Shown piece by piece: positions 60,722 through 64,000 of a stretch of DNA of 64,000 bases. Every line of letters begins with the position of its first letter. Positions within the stretch are counted from its first letter, which is position 1. The stretch is from Spirochaetota bacterium (lineage in GTDB: Bacteria > Spirochaetota > UBA4802 > UBA5550): positions 1,088,001-1,152,000 of the forward strand of contig OY760686.1 in assembly GCA_963663865.1 (NCBI GenBank). The letters are read 5' to 3'. Position numbers and translations under genes: made by a program. The notes below the pieces were generated by a model. The model did no database searches. It saw nothing but the letters and a program-made list of their open reading frames with translations, and was not told where the DNA came from.

Positions 60722-62491
60722 TCAGGGTTCAATGATTTCAGCTTCGCTTAAATCATTCTCTTTAAGGACCGCAATCTTTTTATCGTAACGGTTGATATAA
60801 ATGCTGTCTCTGTAAAAGGTTATGAATGTGTCGCTGTCTATTTCTGTTTCAGATTTTGCTTCCAGTTCAAGGTCAGTGTTGAATTTCCCGAGATAATGCT
60901 TTTCAGTGTCGTTGTTTCTGATAATGGCGTATATGTGATTGTCTCTAATCTCTACAAAGCTTCTCCAGAATATGTTCTCTGTCCCTGTTTTTTTTGCTTT
61001 CAGCGTTTCCCTGTCAATGAGTGTCAGATGGTGCCCTGATTTGTGGCGGCCCTTATGCGTAATTACGACTATGCCGCCTGAGAAGATGTCGTATCGGCGG
61101 CCGCAGATGTTTTTTACCGGAGATTCAAATTCAACCTTACGCTCAGCGGCGTTGATCATGTAAAGGTGATTGTTGTAGTGGCCGCCGTCCAGATACTCGC
61201 TGATTTTGAGGTAGTAGAATTTTTCAGCGAACACATTCTTATCTGTTTCTTCTCTGAGAGTATCCTCTCTGCGGTCAAGCTCATTCTCTTTTTTCTCAAG
61301 CTCTACGGCCTTTGCGTCGAGGATTTCTTCTGCTTTTTCAGGGTCCTTCCTGATAGTCTCCTTCAGCTCATCGCGTTCAATCTCTTTTTTGTCAGCTGCC
61401 AGGTCTTTTTCTTTGCCTGCAATCGACTCTTCTTTCTTTTTCGCGTCCTGTTCCAGCTGTTCTGTTTGTTTCTCAGCAGCCTCAATTTGTTCAGCTTTTT
61501 CAGCGGCGTTTTTATTCTTTTCTGAAAGCTCTTTCTCCTGAGCGGCTATTTCCTTTTCCCGGTCCGCTATTCTTTGAAGCTTCTCTTTTTTTTCAGCCTG
61601 GTCGGTAATCCGTTCAGCAGCCTTCTTCTCTTCCTCGACGCTCTGTTTTTCCCTCTGGAGAGAGGCTTCTTCCTTTTTTAAAGCGCTGTCAGTTTCAGCG
61701 AGTTCCTTCTTTTTCTGCAGGATGTCGCTCCTTGCTGCCGATAGCCCCTTCTTCTGCGAGCCGAGCTTTTCTTTTTCAGATTGCAGATTACGCTCTTTCA
61801 TCTCTGCGAGCTCTTTTCTCTCGGATATTGCAGCTTCATCCTTCCTTATATTTCGCCTGACATTTTCATCGGAGATGGCAAAAGGATCGACCGAGGATAT
61901 GCTTCCTCTGAGAGAGTCCTCAGTCAGCGGGATGATGAGCCTTGTAGCGCCGGGCCACTCGAAGTACTTTGTGGAAATGCCGGCGTTTTTAGTGTTAATG
62001 TGTGTAAGCACAATCTTCTTGTATTTACTGCCGAAGTAGTCCAGGTTGCCGCGGTAAACCGCGTTGTAGTACGTGACAAATAGTGAGATAGTTCGGGACT
62101 GCTTTTGAGAATAGCCGTACATTGTCTCAAGGTATCCCTCAATTATCCTGCGGACGTACTGAATGTGGGAGACTTTTGCTTCCCTGTCGATTGAAATGAT
62201 GTCCGCAGAGAGCAGCGCTGGCTCATTTTTAGAAAGCGCCCGTATTATTGAATACTTCAAAGCAATGTTGTATGAGCTTCCGGCCCCGGCTCGATCAGCT
62301 CCTGCTGCGAGTCCGCTTCCGATACTCTTGACTTCTTCAACACTGTCAGCTCTGGGGGAAGGGCCTGTGTAATTTTTGAACTCAACGCTCCGTGTTCTCA
62401 ACTCGTTAATATCCACCTCAAGAGCGAAAAGCGAGGGAATAAAGGCCAGCAATGTTGTGATTGTTAGAAGCAAGGTCGCGGATTTATTCAT
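60722..62491 (-). CDS. P83/100-family spirochaete protein with central coiled coil
   Basis: EVD..EL, F.NY.GP, RRII.GYL...YGY, YNAVYRG, EWPG.T...IPL. Confidence 0.8.
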   Translation of the reverse strand: MNKSATLLLTITTLLAFIPSLFALEVDINELRTRSVEFKNYTGPSPRADSVEEVKSIGSGLAAGADRAGAGSSYNIALKYSIIRALSKNEPALLSADIISIDREAKVSHIQYVRRIIEGYLETMYGYSQKQSRTISLFVTYYNAVYRGNLDYFGSKYKKIVLTHINTKNAGISTKYFEWPGATRLIIPLTEDSLRGSISSVDPFAISDENVRRNIRKDEAAISERKELAEMKERNLQSEKEKLGSQKKGLSAARSDILQKKKELAETDSALKKEEASLQREKQSVEEEKKAAERITDQAEKKEKLQRIADREKEIAAQEKELSEKNKNAAEKAEQIEAAEKQTEQLEQDAKKKEESIAGKEKDLAADKKEIERDELKETIRKDPEKAEEILDAKAVELEKKENELDRREDTLREETDKNVFAEKFYYLKISEYLDGGHYNNHLYMINAAERKVEFESPVKNICGRRYDIFSGGIVVITHKGRHKSGHHLTLIDRETLKAKKTGTENIFWRSFVEIRDNHIYAIIRNNDTEKHYLGKFNTDLELEAKSETEIDSDTFITFYRDSIYINRYDKKIAVLKENDLSEAEIIEP

Positions 62492-62523
62492 GACTCCTCC
62501 ATAGATTTCACTGACGGGCCCCG

Positions 62524-63450
62524 TTAACTCCGACGCGAGGGGTCCCGATCCTCAAGACCAAAGCACTCGTCGTGTTCAAAATTGCCGAGCGGCTCCATAT
62601 GTACGACGATGTCGTAGACGGCGGGTATAGCAGCTTTGATTTTCCCTTCGAGTTCAACTATTGATTCATGCGCGTCTATGACCCTGAGGGCAGGATTGAC
62701 CTCAACATCCATGTCGACGGCGTAAACAGCGCCGATCTTTTTTATCCGGACTCTGTGCGGATTATGAATTCCAGGCGTGCAGCGGACAATCTCAAATATC
62801 TTTTCGTAGAGCTCCCTGTCATGCTCGCCCTCCATGAGTTCAGTTACTGTACCCATGAAGATTTTGAACGCCGAGAACATTATCCAGCATCCTATAATGG
62901 CTGCCAGTATCTTGTCGATTATGGGCAGGCCAAAGAAGTATGCCGCGGCCAGGCCTGCCAGCACTCCGGCGGAAGTAATGATATCGTTTTGCATGTTTTT
63001 CGCATTGGCAGTCAGCATCGCGCTGGATGTCTTTCGGCCAATAGTGAGCTGGCTGCGGGCCAGAAGAAATTTTCCCGCAATTGAAAATATGGTGACGTAG
63101 ACGGCGAGGGGCTCAGGCTGTACAAACTCTGCTCCTGAAACAATGAGGCGTATCATACTGAGAGTGAGCTGTCCTCCAATGAAGAAAATGATAAAGGCGA
63201 GCAGTGTGGTAGCTATCGTCTCAGCTCTGTGGTGGCCGTAAGGATGTTTTTCATCGGGCGGTGCAGCAATGATGATGGAGGCCGCGAGCGTGATAAAGGA
63301 AATAAGAATATCAGTCAGGCTGTCCAGCCCGTCGCCCGTTACAGAGGCGCTTCCGGACACAACTCCGGCTGTGATTTTCACCACTGCGAGAACGGCGTTG
63401 CCCGCGATGCTTATAATTGAGGCGGTTTTGATCAGCTTGTTTCTATTCAT
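62524..63450 (-). CDS. Cation diffusion facilitator transporter
   Basis: DSLTD, PPD.KHPYGH.RAE, C-terminal VHMEP. Confidence 0.92.
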   Translation of the reverse strand: MNRNKLIKTASIISIAGNAVLAVVKITAGVVSGSASVTGDGLDSLTDILISFITLAASIIIAAPPDEKHPYGHHRAETIATTLLAFIIFFIGGQLTLSMIRLIVSGAEFVQPEPLAVYVTIFSIAGKFLLARSQLTIGRKTSSAMLTANAKNMQNDIITSAGVLAGLAAAYFFGLPIIDKILAAIIGCWIMFSAFKIFMGTVTELMEGEHDRELYEKIFEIVRCTPGIHNPHRVRIKKIGAVYAVDMDVEVNPALRVIDAHESIVELEGKIKAAIPAVYDIVVHMEPLGNFEHDECFGLEDRDPSRRS

Positions 63451-63707
63451 TTATCAATCCTGAAAAGCAGAATTGACTATTATAATAGTGTGCTCTGAAA
63501 TAGCAATGATTTTTAGGATTTGTGTATTGAGGGAGCCTTAAGGGCGGGAGCAGTCAGCTGACTCTGTTTTGAAAAAACATGATCATAGTATTTGTAATTG
63601 TTCAATGTAGCAGAGAAAAAAATCAAAAACTTATGGACACATCAGCCAATTTATATAGAATAAAAAATGAGTTTCACAAAATTATTCAAAACTGAGAGGA
63701 GGATGGT

Positions 63708-63986
63708 TTGAAGAAAATTTCACTGATGATGGTTTTAGTTCTCGCCGGATTGACTCTGGTAACGGCTGCGCCGGTGAAGGACAGCGCGGCTGCATACTGC
63801 ATCAAGCGTGTTATTGAGAGTCACAGGAATGGTGTGTATAAAAATGTCACAATAGGGTGTAAAAACGGGTTCCCGACTGCTCACTATTATGATACAACAT
63901 TTAAAAAACAAAGGAATGTTTGGGCTTATTCAGCCAGCCTGGGTAAAAAGGTCAAGGCCGCATGTCCAAAAAATCCCTGCCAGTAA
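63708..63986 (+). CDS. Small secreted basic protein with four Cys
   Basis: GGAGG RBS, TTG start, MKK-hydrophobic signal peptide. Confidence 0.65.
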   Translation: MKKISLMMVLVLAGLTLVTAAPVKDSAAAYCIKRVIESHRNGVYKNVTIGCKNGFPTAHYYDTTFKKQRNVWAYSASLGKKVKAACPKNPCQ

Positions 63987-64000
63987 GTCCCTGTTGAATA

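Overview
Bacterial chromosomal window, most likely a spirochaete. The evidence is a P83/100-family protein, spirochaete-style fliK-flgD-flgE and flgF genes, and many lipoproteins; placement within the phylum cannot be determined from sequence alone. Main blocks: (1) housekeeping and signalling genes (AAA ATPase, queF, STAS, NUDIX, csp, GAF/HD-GYP, lrgAB, corA, icd, rluD, trpS, bcp, murA, CDF). (2) An accessory island at ~13.0-17.5 kb with two tandem cassettes, each a 5'-truncated thermolysin-like (M4) peptidase tail followed by a divergent YWKNG-repeat lipoprotein, then an intact IS256 with an 8-bp target duplication. This is the best candidate for an undescribed system (an orphan protease-tail/partner-lipoprotein array). 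(3) A hicBA-type module flanked by REP/CIR-like elements. (4) An ArsR/ArsP/Acr3 thiol-redox arsenic cluster with no arsC in the window. (5) A Mo-nitrogenase cluster nifH-I1-I2-D-K-E-N-B-fdx plus a truncated nifV-like gene, under a sigma54-type promoter, followed by a convergent modABC-TOBE operon and, further on, nifUS. No rRNA, tRNA or CRISPR array was seen. All family assignments come from motif recognition, not database searches.
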